Assembly: GCA_021647535.1 (NCBI GenBank)
Contig: JAKIUO010000002.1
Coordinates: 1-37,939 of the forward strand
Direction: 5' to 3'
Source: Hyphomicrobiaceae bacterium
GTDB taxonomy: Bacteria; Pseudomonadota; Alphaproteobacteria; Rhizobiales; JAKIUO01
Length of the DNA stretch: 37,939 nucleotides
Of this stretch, positions 26,713 to 35,031 are shown one piece after another (position 1 is the first letter of the stretch; each line of letters begins with the position of its first letter). Under the pieces are notes generated by a model. That model was given only the letters and a program-made list of their open reading frames with translations. It ran no database searches and was not told the origin of the DNA. A program made the position numbers and the translations under genes.

Positions 26713-27276
26713 CTAGGGCTCCAGTTCACTGTCCCAGTAGAGATAATCAATCCAGCTTTCGTGCAGAAAGTTGGGCGGGAAAGAGCGCCCGTTGCGATGC
26801 AATTCATAGACCGTTGGGCGATAAGGGGCCTGCATGGGCAACATGCCGATATCTTTGGCGTAGCGCGCCCCTTTTTTCAGATTGCACGGCGAACAGGCCG
26901 TCACCACATTATCCCAGCGCGTCAGCCCGCCCTTGGAGCGCGGGATCAGATGGTCAAAAGTCAGATCATCGAGATCCCCACAATATTGGCAGGTAAAACG
27001 ATCCCGCAAAAATACGTTAAAGCGGGTAAAGGCTGGATAAAGCGCCGGGCGCACATAGGTTTTCAGGGCCACCACACTGGGCAGAGCGATTTCACATGTC
27101 GGGCTGTGAACTTTGCGATCATAGCGATCAACAATATTGACCCGATCCAGAAACACCGCCTTGATGGTGGCCTGCCAGTTCCACAACGACAAGGGATAGT
27201 AACTGAGGGGCCGGTAATCGGCGTTCAGCACCAGAGCAGGCCAGGTTTCCGGCGGCGTCCCTTTGGTGATCATCAT
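26713..27276 (-). CDS. HNH endonuclease
   Basis: HNH motif: CQYCGDLDDLTFDHLIPRSKGGLTRWDNVVTACSPCNLKKG. Confidence 0.85.
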   Translation of the reverse strand: MMITKGTPPETWPALVLNADYRPLSYYPLSLWNWQATIKAVFLDRVNIVDRYDRKVHSPTCEIALPSVVALKTYVRPALYPAFTRFNVFLRDRFTCQYCGDLDDLTFDHLIPRSKGGLTRWDNVVTACSPCNLKKGARYAKDIGMLPMQAPYRPTVYELHRNGRSFPPNFLHESWIDYLYWDSELEP

Positions 27277-27443
27277 TGTACATACCTCCTCGCTCCCAGC
27301 CCCTTCATGGCCAGCAATTGTCGGCAGTCTACAGGTGAAATTGTCATCTGTGAAGAGTGCAATATGGCAAGTCAGCTCCGTATACTTGCCATTACCCCCT
27401 CATTCAGGCTACTAATAAAGTATGAGAAGGCCGGGGGGCAAAT

Positions 27444-27950
27444 ATGTTATTGATTTTAGTTCGTATATTCATAGCTGAAAAGTGTTCAATTCAACAAATA
27501 CGCGCAAGCGCGCGTAACGTTATATTACTCTTTCTGCTCGGCAGTGGTTTATCCGGCTGTTCCGGGTTTTCCATGAGCTCATTGCCGTCCTTTGGCTTTG
27601 GCGGAAATGACGATTCCCAATCTCCTGATTGTAGCGAAATTGAAAAACGCATGGCCCATGCACATCAAAAATATGCCCAAGCTCTTGGGCGCGAAAAACC
27701 TACTATCTACCTGACTTTTACAGGTAATTTATCCCGCACCATGAAAAGAAACCGTTTGCGTGGCGTTCATGAATTGACCGATATATACCTCGATAATATC
27801 GTTGATCGCACCCAGCAGGCCTGCGTGTCGGGCAATCTGTCGCGCTCGACCTGCCGAGGAGCTGGCCGCCTTGGCACCGCCTACAAACCTTTGGTGCTGA
27901 CGGCACGAGAAGCATATGATAACTATTGCGGCAACCGGCAGATCCGCTAA
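27444..27950 (+). CDS. putative lipoprotein, hypothetical
   Basis: The lipobox is LLGSGLSG|C. The true start is uncertain, because the N-terminal 20 aa before the signal peptide look non-native. Confidence 0.55.
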   Translation: MLLILVRIFIAEKCSIQQIRASARNVILLFLLGSGLSGCSGFSMSSLPSFGFGGNDDSQSPDCSEIEKRMAHAHQKYAQALGREKPTIYLTFTGNLSRTMKRNRLRGVHELTDIYLDNIVDRTQQACVSGNLSRSTCRGAGRLGTAYKPLVLTAREAYDNYCGNRQIR

Positions 27951-27954
27951 GATA

Positions 27955-28647
27955 CTAAAAGCTGAAATTTTTAGCTAGAAATTCTCCGGCCAACCAGGTG
28001 GCTTCGCCATCAATACCGTGAGCCATGCCCTGCTCCACATAAGGTGTCACATTAATTTGAACACTTTCCAGCGCTGCTTTGGTGAGCCCCATGGCGGCAA
28101 AAGGCACAATATCATCCAGCGAGCCGTGCGCCAGAAAAACCGGCGGCTTGGCCGAGAGGCTGTCGAGCTGATCGACGCCCAGCAACATGCCTGAAAAACT
28201 GACGATGGAGGCAGGTGTTTTGCTGCCGCGCAGTCCCGTATGCAAGGCCATCATGGCCCCTTGCGAAAACCCGACCAGCGCCAGGTCAGATGGCTGCAAC
28301 CCGGTGCGCTGCAATTCCGCTTCAATAAACGCCTCAACGACAGGGGCCGTATCCACCGCTCCTTGCCAGCGCTCTTGCGGTGTCGATTCTACGCCCCTTT
28401 CCGTCACCTTCAACGGAAACCATTGATAGCCCATGGGCGGGTTCTGGCAAAATTGAGGCGCATTAGGCGCGACAAATTCCGCGTCTGGTAGCAATTGCTG
28501 CCATTGGCGTCCCAGCGATATGAGATCAGCACCATCGGCCCCATAGCCATGCAGGATGATCACCAGCTGGCGGGTTTTACCCGAGCGCGCAGTAAGGCGC
28601 GGGCCATCAAGACGTTGCAAATCCATTTTTTTGTTCCCCGTTTTCAT
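27955..28647 (-). CDS. phospholipase/carboxylesterase-family alpha/beta hydrolase
   Basis: Motifs LVIILHGYGADGADL, nucleophile elbow GFSQGA and HGSLDDIVP are present. An alternative start is Met8 (28626). Confidence 0.8.
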   Translation of the reverse strand: MKTGNKKMDLQRLDGPRLTARSGKTRQLVIILHGYGADGADLISLGRQWQQLLPDAEFVAPNAPQFCQNPPMGYQWFPLKVTERGVESTPQERWQGAVDTAPVVEAFIEAELQRTGLQPSDLALVGFSQGAMMALHTGLRGSKTPASIVSFSGMLLGVDQLDSLSAKPPVFLAHGSLDDIVPFAAMGLTKAALESVQINVTPYVEQGMAHGIDGEATWLAGEFLAKNFSF

Positions 28648-28676
28648 ATCAGCTTTAAGTACGCCCAGACCCTATC

Positions 28677-28980
28677 ATACCAACCGCCCTTAATATTGAC
28701 CCATTGCACCGGAGCGATTTTTCCCAGCAGGGCTGGAGCACGAGGCGACGTGGTACTGGTACCATTAGCCGAGTGATCCGGTGCTGCTGGGAAAAAGCAC
28801 CCGGCCCTTATGCGCTCAAACAGCGCCAGAGATAGCGCGGCTTTGATGGGTGGGACATAGCGGCCCATCTGGCGGGCATTTTGCGTTTGCAAGATACCAG
28901 TATCAAGCTGCGCACAATCTACCAGCCATATGAGCCGCTATGATCCCATGCAATGGGTCAATATTAAGGGCGGTTGGTAT
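28677..28980. mobile_element. Family-B MITE-like element, full-length copy B2 (304 bp, perfect 32-bp TIRs)
   Basis: ataccaaccgcccttaatattgacccattgca (28677-28708) is the exact reverse complement of 28949-28980. An internal 13-bp stem pairs tttttcccagcag (28718-28730) with ctgctgggaaaaa (28784-28796). No ORF is present. Confidence 0.85.
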
Positions 28981-29055
28981 AATACACCGTATGTGTACTA
29001 TCGCATCTGTGCTTTTTGCCTATAGGTTAATGGTACAGGTGGGAAACCAAAGCTA

Positions 29056-29451
29056 TTACACTTTGTCCGCTTTCGACAGGCCTTCAAGGATCGGGCAATC
29101 GGGGCGGTGGTCTCCATGGCAATCTTTGATCAGCTGTTGCAGGGTGCCGCGCAGACTCTCCAGATGGGTAATCTTGCGTTCGATCTCTTCCAGATGACGA
29201 GTGGCAACCTGCTTGACCTGTCTGCTGGTGCGGGTGTCATCTTCGTAGAGTGACAATAACAAACGACAATCCTCTATGGTAAAACCAAGGCTGCGGGCGC
29301 GTTGCAAAAAGCGCAGCTTGTAAACATCTTTTTGTGAATAATCGCGGTAGCCATTGTTCTGACGCAACGGTCGGACCAGGCCAATCTGTTCATAATAGCG
29401 CAGGGTTTTTACGGGCAGGCGGGTGGCCTGCCCGGCTTCTCCAATATTCAT
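29056..29451 (-). CDS. cueR: MerR-family Cu(I)-responsive transcriptional regulator
   Basis: The MerR HTH is [26 protein letters not shown]. The C-terminal metal loop CHGDHRPDC has C-x7-C spacing. Its ATG overlaps the copA stop (TAATG). Confidence 0.85.
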   Translation of the reverse strand: MNIGEAGQATRLPVKTLRYYEQIGLVRPLRQNNGYRDYSQKDVYKLRFLQRARSLGFTIEDCRLLLSLYEDDTRTSRQVKQVATRHLEEIERKITHLESLRGTLQQLIKDCHGDHRPDCPILEGLSKADKV

Positions 29452-31952
29452 TATTCTCCTCCCAGTTTAACACTCCGCAGGCGTAACGCATTGGCGATCA
29501 CCGAAACGGATGAAAAGCTCATGGCAGCGGCGGCAATGATCGGTGAGAGCAGCAGGCCAAACACCGGATAAAGCACACCGGCAGCGACGGGAACGCCAAG
29601 AGCATTGTAGATAAAGGCGAAAAACAGGTTTTGTTTGATATTGCGCATGGTGGCTTCAGAGAGTTTCCTCGCCCGCACAATGCCGCGCAAATCGCCTTTG
29701 ACCAAAGTGAAGCCAGCACTTTCCATGGCGACATCAGCCCCTGTACCCATGGCAATACCCACATCAGCCTGCGCCAGCGCCGGGGCATCATTGACACCGT
29801 CTCCGGCCATGGCGACCACGGCGCCTTCGCTTTGCAAGCGTTTGACAATCTTTGCCTTGCCATCGGGCAACACATCGGCCACCACCTCATCAATGTCGAG
29901 GTCAGCAGCCACGGCATTGGCGGTACGGATATTGTCACCGGTGACCATGATGATTTTCAGCCCCTCGGCTTTCAATTGTTGCAGCGCCTTTGGCGTCGTT
30001 GCTTTAACAGGGTCGGCTACGCTGACAATGCCCGCCAGCTCATTGTCGATGATGACAAACATGGCCGTTTGTCCCTTGCTCCGCAGATCATCTGCTTTTG
30101 CAGTCATCTCGCCTGCCTCAAGGTCGAAGGCGGCCAGCAGCTTGTCATTGCCAAGCGCTACAATCTTGCCGTCGATCCTGCCGCGTACCCCCTTGCCGGT
30201 GAGGGCTTCAAAATCATCGGTTTTGAAAAGTGAGAGATCACGCGCCTTGGCCCCTTTGACGATGGCTTCAGCCAGCGGATGTTCACTGCCGCGCTCCAAT
30301 GAGGCCACCAGTTGCAACAGCGCCTTCTCCTCGGTCTTGCCCGTAGCAAGCACCTCCATCAGACGTGGTTTGCCCTCGGTCAGCGTGCCGGTTTTATCGA
30401 CAATCAGCGTATCAATAGAGGCAAAGCGTTCCAGACTTTCAGCATTTTTGATCAGCACACCAGCCTGTGCACCGCGTCCGCTCGACACCATGATCGACAT
30501 GGGAGTGGCCAGACCCAGCGCACAGGGACAGGCGATAATCAAAACGCTGACAGCGGAAATCAAACCGTAAGCCATGGCCGGAGCTGGTCCCCAGATTGAC
30601 CAGACAATAAAGGCGATGACCGCGATCAGCAGCACGACAGGTACAAAATAACCCGCCACCATATCAGCCAGCTTCTGGATCGGTGCGCGCGAGCGTTGCG
30701 CCTCGGCCACCATATTAACGATCTGCGACAGCATGGTGTCCGAACCGACGCGCTCAGCCCGCATGAGGATCGAGCCGGTGCCGTTGAGCGTCCCGCCCGT
30801 TACATCATCGCCTGTATTTTTTTCCACCGGTACGGCCTCGCCTGTCAACATGCTTTCATCAATACTGGAGCGCCCTTCAGTTACCGTCCCATCTACCGGC
30901 ACTTTCTCGCCGGGACGCACGCGCAAAATATCGCCATGCTGCACGCTTTCAAGCGGCACTTCCTCCTGCGAACCGTCTTCACGCACAATCATTGCCGTTT
31001 TGGGAGCCAGATCAAGCAGTGCCCGGATGGCACCGCCGGTGCGCTCGCGGGCTTGCAATTCCAGCACCTGTCCAAGCAAAACCAGCACGACGATCACCGC
31101 CGCCGCTTCATAATAAACCCCGACCGATCCATCAGCGGCGCGAAACGCATCGGGGAAAATGTCGGGCATGACCGTGGCAATGACCGAATAGACAAAGGCC
31201 GTGCCCGTGCCAATGGCGATCAGTGTGAACATGTTGAGATTCATGGTCTGCAAACTTTTCCAGCCGCGCACGAAAAACGGCCAGCCAGACCACAGCACCG
31301 CAGGTGTGGCTAGGATCAGTTCGATCCAGTGAGAGGTTGATTTGCCGATCCAGCTTTCAATCGGCAACCCCACATAGCCGCCCATGGCCAACACCAGCAA
31401 GGGAACGGCAAATATGGCTCCAACGACAAAGCGCTTCTTGAAATCAACCAGCTCAGGGTTAGGGCCTTCATCTCCCGCAGGCACGCCTTTGGGCTCCAGT
31501 GCCATGCCGCATTTGGGGCACTCTCCAGGGCCTTCTTGAATAATTTCAGGATGCATGGGACAGGTGTAGAGCGTGCCCTCAGGCATGGGTTCGGCCTGGG
31601 TTTTTCCCTCCAGATAGCTTTGCGGGTCAGCGGTAAATTTGTCCTCACAGCTGCTTGAGCAGAAATAAAAGTTTTCGCCGCCCTGCTTGTGCATATGGCT
31701 GGCGCTGGCACGATCAACCTTCATGCCGCAAACGGGATCTTTGGCCTCGATATACTCATCCGGGTCAACAGCAAAGCGCGTCTCGCAGCCCATGGAACAG
31801 AAAAAATAATCATGGCCCTTGTGGTTGGTACTGTATTTCGCCTTGTCCGCATCAACAGCCATGCCACAGACCGGATCTTTCAGCTGCGCTTGCCTTTTGC
31901 CTTCATTATGACCTTCATTTCCGTGTGAATGCGAGTGCGAGTGAGCCATCAT
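29451..31952 (-). CDS. copA: copper-translocating P1B-type ATPase
   Basis: Motifs CPC ([12 protein letters not shown]), DKTGTLT, TGE and GDGVNDAP are present. The N-terminus has His-rich [14 protein letters not shown], two DPVCGM (TRASH/YHS-like) motifs and CPMH...CPKCGM. I moved the start to Met24 (31952), downstream of the predicted promoter. Confidence 0.9.
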   Translation of the reverse strand: MMAHSHSHSHGNEGHNEGKRQAQLKDPVCGMAVDADKAKYSTNHKGHDYFFCSMGCETRFAVDPDEYIEAKDPVCGMKVDRASASHMHKQGGENFYFCSSSCEDKFTADPQSYLEGKTQAEPMPEGTLYTCPMHPEIIQEGPGECPKCGMALEPKGVPAGDEGPNPELVDFKKRFVVGAIFAVPLLVLAMGGYVGLPIESWIGKSTSHWIELILATPAVLWSGWPFFVRGWKSLQTMNLNMFTLIAIGTGTAFVYSVIATVMPDIFPDAFRAADGSVGVYYEAAAVIVVLVLLGQVLELQARERTGGAIRALLDLAPKTAMIVREDGSQEEVPLESVQHGDILRVRPGEKVPVDGTVTEGRSSIDESMLTGEAVPVEKNTGDDVTGGTLNGTGSILMRAERVGSDTMLSQIVNMVAEAQRSRAPIQKLADMVAGYFVPVVLLIAVIAFIVWSIWGPAPAMAYGLISAVSVLIIACPCALGLATPMSIMVSSGRGAQAGVLIKNAESLERFASIDTLIVDKTGTLTEGKPRLMEVLATGKTEEKALLQLVASLERGSEHPLAEAIVKGAKARDLSLFKTDDFEALTGKGVRGRIDGKIVALGNDKLLAAFDLEAGEMTAKADDLRSKGQTAMFVIIDNELAGIVSVADPVKATTPKALQQLKAEGLKIIMVTGDNIRTANAVAADLDIDEVVADVLPDGKAKIVKRLQSEGAVVAMAGDGVNDAPALAQADVGIAMGTGADVAMESAGFTLVKGDLRGIVRARKLSEATMRNIKQNLFFAFIYNALGVPVAAGVLYPVFGLLLSPIIAAAAMSFSSVSVIANALRLRSVKLGGE

Positions 31953-32028
31953 CTTTGTCCCTTGTGCAACGCTGCTCCTCCCCTTCGGGCAAGCAGGAAT
32001 CAAATTTCCATAACCTTCCAATGAGTAG

Positions 32029-32060
32029 AGGGTGGGCGTTCCAGTAGATGGAAGGTCAAG
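32029..32060 (-). promoter_or_regulatory. MerR/CueR-type promoter-operator for copA-cueR
   Basis: The minus strand reads TTGACC-ttccatctactggaacgcc-CACCCT. This gives a 19-bp spacer containing the dyad CCTTCC-N7-GGAA. Confidence 0.7.
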
Positions 32061-32093
32061 AAAGAAAATAAAAAAACATTTTTTTGCCTCGCC

Positions 32094-32125
32094 CTTGACC
32101 CTCCCCTTACTGGAGGAACCATCTT
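32094..32125 (+). promoter_or_regulatory. MerR/CueR-type promoter-operator for the 117-aa membrane protein gene
   Basis: The sequence is cTTGACC-ctccccttactggaggaac-CATCTT. This gives a 19-bp spacer containing the dyad CCTCC-N7-GGAGG. It is divergent from the copA promoter. Confidence 0.6.
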
Positions 32126-32170
32126 TATAAAATCGAATAATATTTCGGCACGCAATGAAAGGACAGAAAA

Positions 32171-32524
32171 ATGACTGATGTCACAATAAACCAGGCCACA
32201 GATTCAAAAGAATGCTGTGGGGGCAAAGGGCACAAGCACAAAGAACATACGCACGTTTCAGCTCATGGCAAACAAGGCCTGACCATCTACTCCCTTGGCA
32301 TGGCGCTGGGCGTTTTTCTAGCCATCACATTTACATTATGTGTCGCCTTTGATCTGTTATTCCCGGCTTATGCCATGTATCCATTCTGGATCAAGCTGCT
32401 GCCGGGATTCAGCTGGATCAGCCCCTCAAGCTATCTGCTTGGACTAGCTGAAAGCTTTGCCTATGGCTGGTATGTTGCCTTATTATTCGTGCCGCTCTAT
32501 CGATTTTTTCAGCCTGCAAGATAA
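32171..32524 (+). CDS. small membrane protein with Cys/His/Lys-rich N-terminus (possibly DUF5676-like)
   Basis: The N-terminus is [24 protein letters not shown], followed by 2-3 TM helices. The gene lies under a CueR-type box. The family name is a tentative recollection. Confidence 0.65.
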   Translation: MTDVTINQATDSKECCGGKGHKHKEHTHVSAHGKQGLTIYSLGMALGVFLAITFTLCVAFDLLFPAYAMYPFWIKLLPGFSWISPSSYLLGLAESFAYGWYVALLFVPLYRFFQPAR

Positions 32525-32563
32525 GTTCACCATGGTTCTGTAAACGTTAAGGCGAAACTAAAT

Positions 32564-32600
32564 AACGGGCGGTTCAGAAATATTGAAGCCGCCCGTTACC
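32564..32600 (+). terminator. hairpin terminator candidate
   Basis: aacgggcggttc pairs with gaagccgcccgtt. The trailing T-run is poor (acctctt). Confidence 0.5.
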
Positions 32601-32713
32601 TCTTAAGGTAAAATAATTTCTTATATTTTTCTTTATTGGCTCTTCATTATACCGGATACATACTTTTTTTCTTATAAAAACGACATTTTTTTTAGTAAAA
32701 AGGGATTACTGAC

Positions 32714-33022
32714 ATGAAATTTTTTTCCGGATTAATTGCCTCACTCGTTTTGACAATCCTATTCTCATTGAACTTCTCTTCCATCAGCTATGCCGTTGAT
32801 GAACAACAAGTTGCTGTCTTGATGCCGCAAATACAGTCTCCTGTTGCTCCTCTTGTCACCAAGATTGACTATCGCATTCGCAGCGACCACCATGGAAGAG
32901 TAAAATATTGCCGCCACAGACATTGCAGTCATTGGCATAATGGACGTGATCATCACGGCAATCCGGTTCGCTCTTGTTCAAAATGGCGTTATTCAGGGTG
33001 CTATTGGGTCAATGCACATTAA
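32714..33022 (+). CDS. small secreted Cys/His-rich protein, hypothetical
   Basis: A signal peptide (MKFFSGLIASLVLTILFSLNFSSISYA) is followed by a C-terminal 50 aa with 9 His and 4 Cys (SDHHGRVKYCRHRHCSHWHNGRDHHGNPVRSCSKWRYSGCYWVNAH). The region is AT-rich, and a strong terminator follows. Confidence 0.6.
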   Translation: MKFFSGLIASLVLTILFSLNFSSISYAVDEQQVAVLMPQIQSPVAPLVTKIDYRIRSDHHGRVKYCRHRHCSHWHNGRDHHGNPVRSCSKWRYSGCYWVNAH

Positions 33023-33040
33023 AAACACCAAAGCCTAATA

Positions 33041-33078
33041 AAAACGCCTGCCAATCAATGATCGGCAGGCGTTTTTCG
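33041..33078. terminator. bidirectional Rho-independent terminator
   Basis: The sequence is aaaaacgcctgcc-aatcaatgatc-ggcaggcgtttttcgtt, a 10-bp GC-rich stem flanked by an A-run and a T-run. It lies between convergent genes. Confidence 0.85.
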
Positions 33079-33094
33079 TTCCCAACATTCTATC

Positions 33095-33241
33095 TTATTC
33101 AACAATCTTTGCCATTCCCGTATTCCGGTTAATTGAAAGCTTGGCGATCAATTCGCCTTTTGCTGTTACCAGGTCAGCGGTGGCCGCCTTCTCATCCTTT
33201 ATCTTGACATTTGATGCCTTGAGGCGAGTAAAGCCCATCAT
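33095..33241 (-). CDS. 48-aa ORF below the track cutoff; likely the displaced C-terminal part of the Met-rich protein gene, or a coupled small gene
   Basis: The product is MMGFTRLKASNVKIKDEKAATADLVTAKGELIAKLSINRNTGMAKIVE. Its ATG overlaps the upstream TGA (ATGA). It fills the otherwise empty 160 nt before the terminator. Confidence 0.5.
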   Translation of the reverse strand: MMGFTRLKASNVKIKDEKAATADLVTAKGELIAKLSINRNTGMAKIVE

Positions 33242-33537
33242 GGAAAGACGACATCAAGGACACGCTTCAATCCCTCTGTGGATAGAGCCTTGGCACGCTT
33301 GAACCCCGTATGATGCCCCATCATTTTTTTGTGCATCATCCCCATCATACCGCCTTTGCCCATCATGCCGCCCATTCCCATCTTCATACCAGGCTTGCCG
33401 CCCGGCATGGTCTTTCCAGCTGCTGCCTTGTCTGGATGATGGTTGGCCTGTTGTGCATTTGCCGGGATGAGTGTTGATGAAGTCAAAAAAGCGATAACGG
33501 CTGCTGCAACCAGAGGTTTTGTCGTGTTCATGATCAT
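33238..33537 (-). CDS. periplasmic Met/His-rich protein (putative Cu(I) binder)
   Basis: A signal peptide (...TLIPANA|QQ) precedes MPGGKPGMKMGMGGMMGKGGMMGMMHKKMMGHH. A CueR-type promoter lies about 60 nt upstream. Confidence 0.7.
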   Translation of the reverse strand: MIMNTTKPLVAAAVIAFLTSSTLIPANAQQANHHPDKAAAGKTMPGGKPGMKMGMGGMMGKGGMMGMMHKKMMGHHTGFKRAKALSTEGLKRVLDVVFP

Positions 33538-33594
33538 TCTCCAAAGGATAAAATTTCAGTTTGAGCCCCTCTTTGCTGGGGTGGCTCAACAACC

Positions 33595-33626
33595 AAGCTA
33601 GCTATTCCAGTAGATGGAAGGTCAAG
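33595..33626 (-). promoter_or_regulatory. MerR/CueR-type promoter-operator for the Met-rich protein gene
   Basis: The minus strand reads TTGACC-ttccatctactggaatagc-TAGCTT. The 22-mer at 33605-33626 is identical to 32039-32060. Confidence 0.7.
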
Positions 33627-33672
33627 GCATTGCAGACAATCAACGATCACAAAACAGTGAGCATCTATTCTA

Positions 33673-33703
33673 TTGACCTTACTGTAACTGGAACCACCAA
33701 ATA
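33673..33703 (+). promoter_or_regulatory. MerR-type promoter-operator candidate for the SHOCT-CDF genes
   Basis: The sequence is TTGACC-ttactgtaactggaaccac-CAAATA. This gives a 19-bp spacer with the half-sites CCTTAC-N7-GGAA. Confidence 0.5.
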
Positions 33704-33780
33704 TGTAACACTAGCAAAAACACCATATTATTTTGCCCGGGTTTGAAATAATCATAATAGGATTTGGAGGAGGATTGGGT

Positions 33781-33978
33781 ATGTTTTTTGGACCACTATT
33801 ATTCATCGGTTTTATTGTACTGGTTGTCTATTTACTGTCTGGAAGGTCCAATACGAAATTTGGCCTTGGAACGTTGACGCGAGAAAAAACGCCGCTGGAT
33901 ATTCTTGATGAACGCCTTGCGCGTGGAGACATTGACCGCCACGAATATGATGAAAAACGCAGCGTTCTGAAACGCTAA
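33781..33978 (+). CDS. SHOCT-domain small membrane protein
   Basis: I moved the start to ATG 33781, after GGAGGAGG. One TM helix is followed by a SHOCT-like tail, LDILDERLARGDIDRHEYDEKRSVL. Confidence 0.7.
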   Translation: MFFGPLLFIGFIVLVVYLLSGRSNTKFGLGTLTREKTPLDILDERLARGDIDRHEYDEKRSVLKR

Positions 33979-34015
33979 TGTAAATCTGCACTCAAATTAT
34001 CTTGGAGTACCAGCC

Positions 34016-34954
34016 ATGACCGATCATTCTGGACATAAGATGCCTGATTTCAAAAGCGCTTCTCCCGAAAAAGACAGAGCCTTGAAAATTTCTGGGTGGC
34101 TCACCGGAGTATATTTTCTGATCGAGTTGGGCATCGGAATTTACACCGGTTCTGTGGCGGTCATTTCTGACGCTTTTCATACCTTTTCCGCTGTTGGAGG
34201 GGTAGTGCTGGCTTACGTTGCTGCGCGCATGGCCCTTCGCCCTACCAGTACCCGTCATACTTTTGGATGGTACCGGGCGGAAATAATCGGCGCTCTGCTG
34301 AACGGTGTGTTTCTGGCCATTATGGCAGTGATCGTTCTGGTCATGGGTTATATGCGCCTGCAAAATCCTGTTGATTTGCCAACCACACCGATGCTGTTCG
34401 CCGCAGTTGGAGGCCTGATCACCGAAGTGATCTCGCTCAAGCTATTGTTTAGTGCCCAGAAGGATGATTTGAATATGCGCGGTGCTTACTGGCATATTAT
34501 CCAGACCTTTGTGGGCAGTATTTTAATTATTGTCACAGCCCTTGTGATCAAATTCACCGGTTTTCTTGCCATAGACCCGCTGCTTGGGATGGCTTTTGGT
34601 CTGGTGCTGCTCTATGCCTCCTGGGGGATCATGCGTGAAGCCCTGGAAGTCCTGATGGAAACCACTCCGGCGGATATGGATTTAAAAGCTGTGATCACGC
34701 GTCTGGAAGAACTGCCGGAAATAGCAGATGTCCACCATGTTCATGCCTGGACATTGACCTCGGACAAAACTGTGTTCTCCGCCCATATTCGCATAAACAA
34801 GAAAGGGGACAGCGAGAAAATACTGACAAAAGCTCAAAACTTGTTGCGCAACGATTACAATTTCTCCTTCGCCACTCTGCAGATCGAAACGAAAGAGATG
34901 TCAGAAGAGCATGCAACAGACCTCGACTTTTTGCATATGGAAGCGATGAAATAG
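34016..34954 (+). CDS. cation diffusion facilitator (CDF) family divalent-metal exporter, CzcD/ZitB-like
   Basis: Motifs SDAFHTFS and HTFGWYRAEI, six TM helices and a C-terminal cytoplasmic domain (VHHVHAW) are present. Confidence 0.85.
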   Translation: MTDHSGHKMPDFKSASPEKDRALKISGWLTGVYFLIELGIGIYTGSVAVISDAFHTFSAVGGVVLAYVAARMALRPTSTRHTFGWYRAEIIGALLNGVFLAIMAVIVLVMGYMRLQNPVDLPTTPMLFAAVGGLITEVISLKLLFSAQKDDLNMRGAYWHIIQTFVGSILIIVTALVIKFTGFLAIDPLLGMAFGLVLLYASWGIMREALEVLMETTPADMDLKAVITRLEELPEIADVHHVHAWTLTSDKTVFSAHIRINKKGDSEKILTKAQNLLRNDYNFSFATLQIETKEMSEEHATDLDFLHMEAMK

Positions 34955-35031
34955 CTGTAACGAGACGAAAATGGCAGAGCGCGGTAAATGGTTATCCTGC
35001 TGTGCTTTGTCTTCAAGACAGAGGAGCGGCA

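Noticed and set aside
27364-27392. 9-bp perfect hairpin (atggcaagt...acttgccat) in the HNH/lipoprotein divergent spacer
   Set aside because: It is a single short stem with no repeat elsewhere in the window and no flanking promoter or terminator features, so it is not distinguishable from chance.
26761-27453. 230-aa plus-strand ORF
   Set aside because: It lies antisense to the HNH endonuclease gene, which has a clear CxxC...H...N...CxxC motif on the minus strand.
29635-30570. 311-aa plus-strand ORF, together with 29631-30233, 30696-31313 and 31655-32047
   Set aside because: All lie antisense to copA, which carries every P-type ATPase signature. Their Ser/Ala/Pro-rich low-complexity translations are typical shadow ORFs.
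33300-33420. Short periodic repeats (atgggc/atgatg...) that could suggest a tandem or CRISPR-like array
   Set aside because: They are codon-level repeats encoding the Met/Gly-rich segment MGMGGMMGKGGMMGMM. There is no repeat-spacer organisation anywhere in the window.
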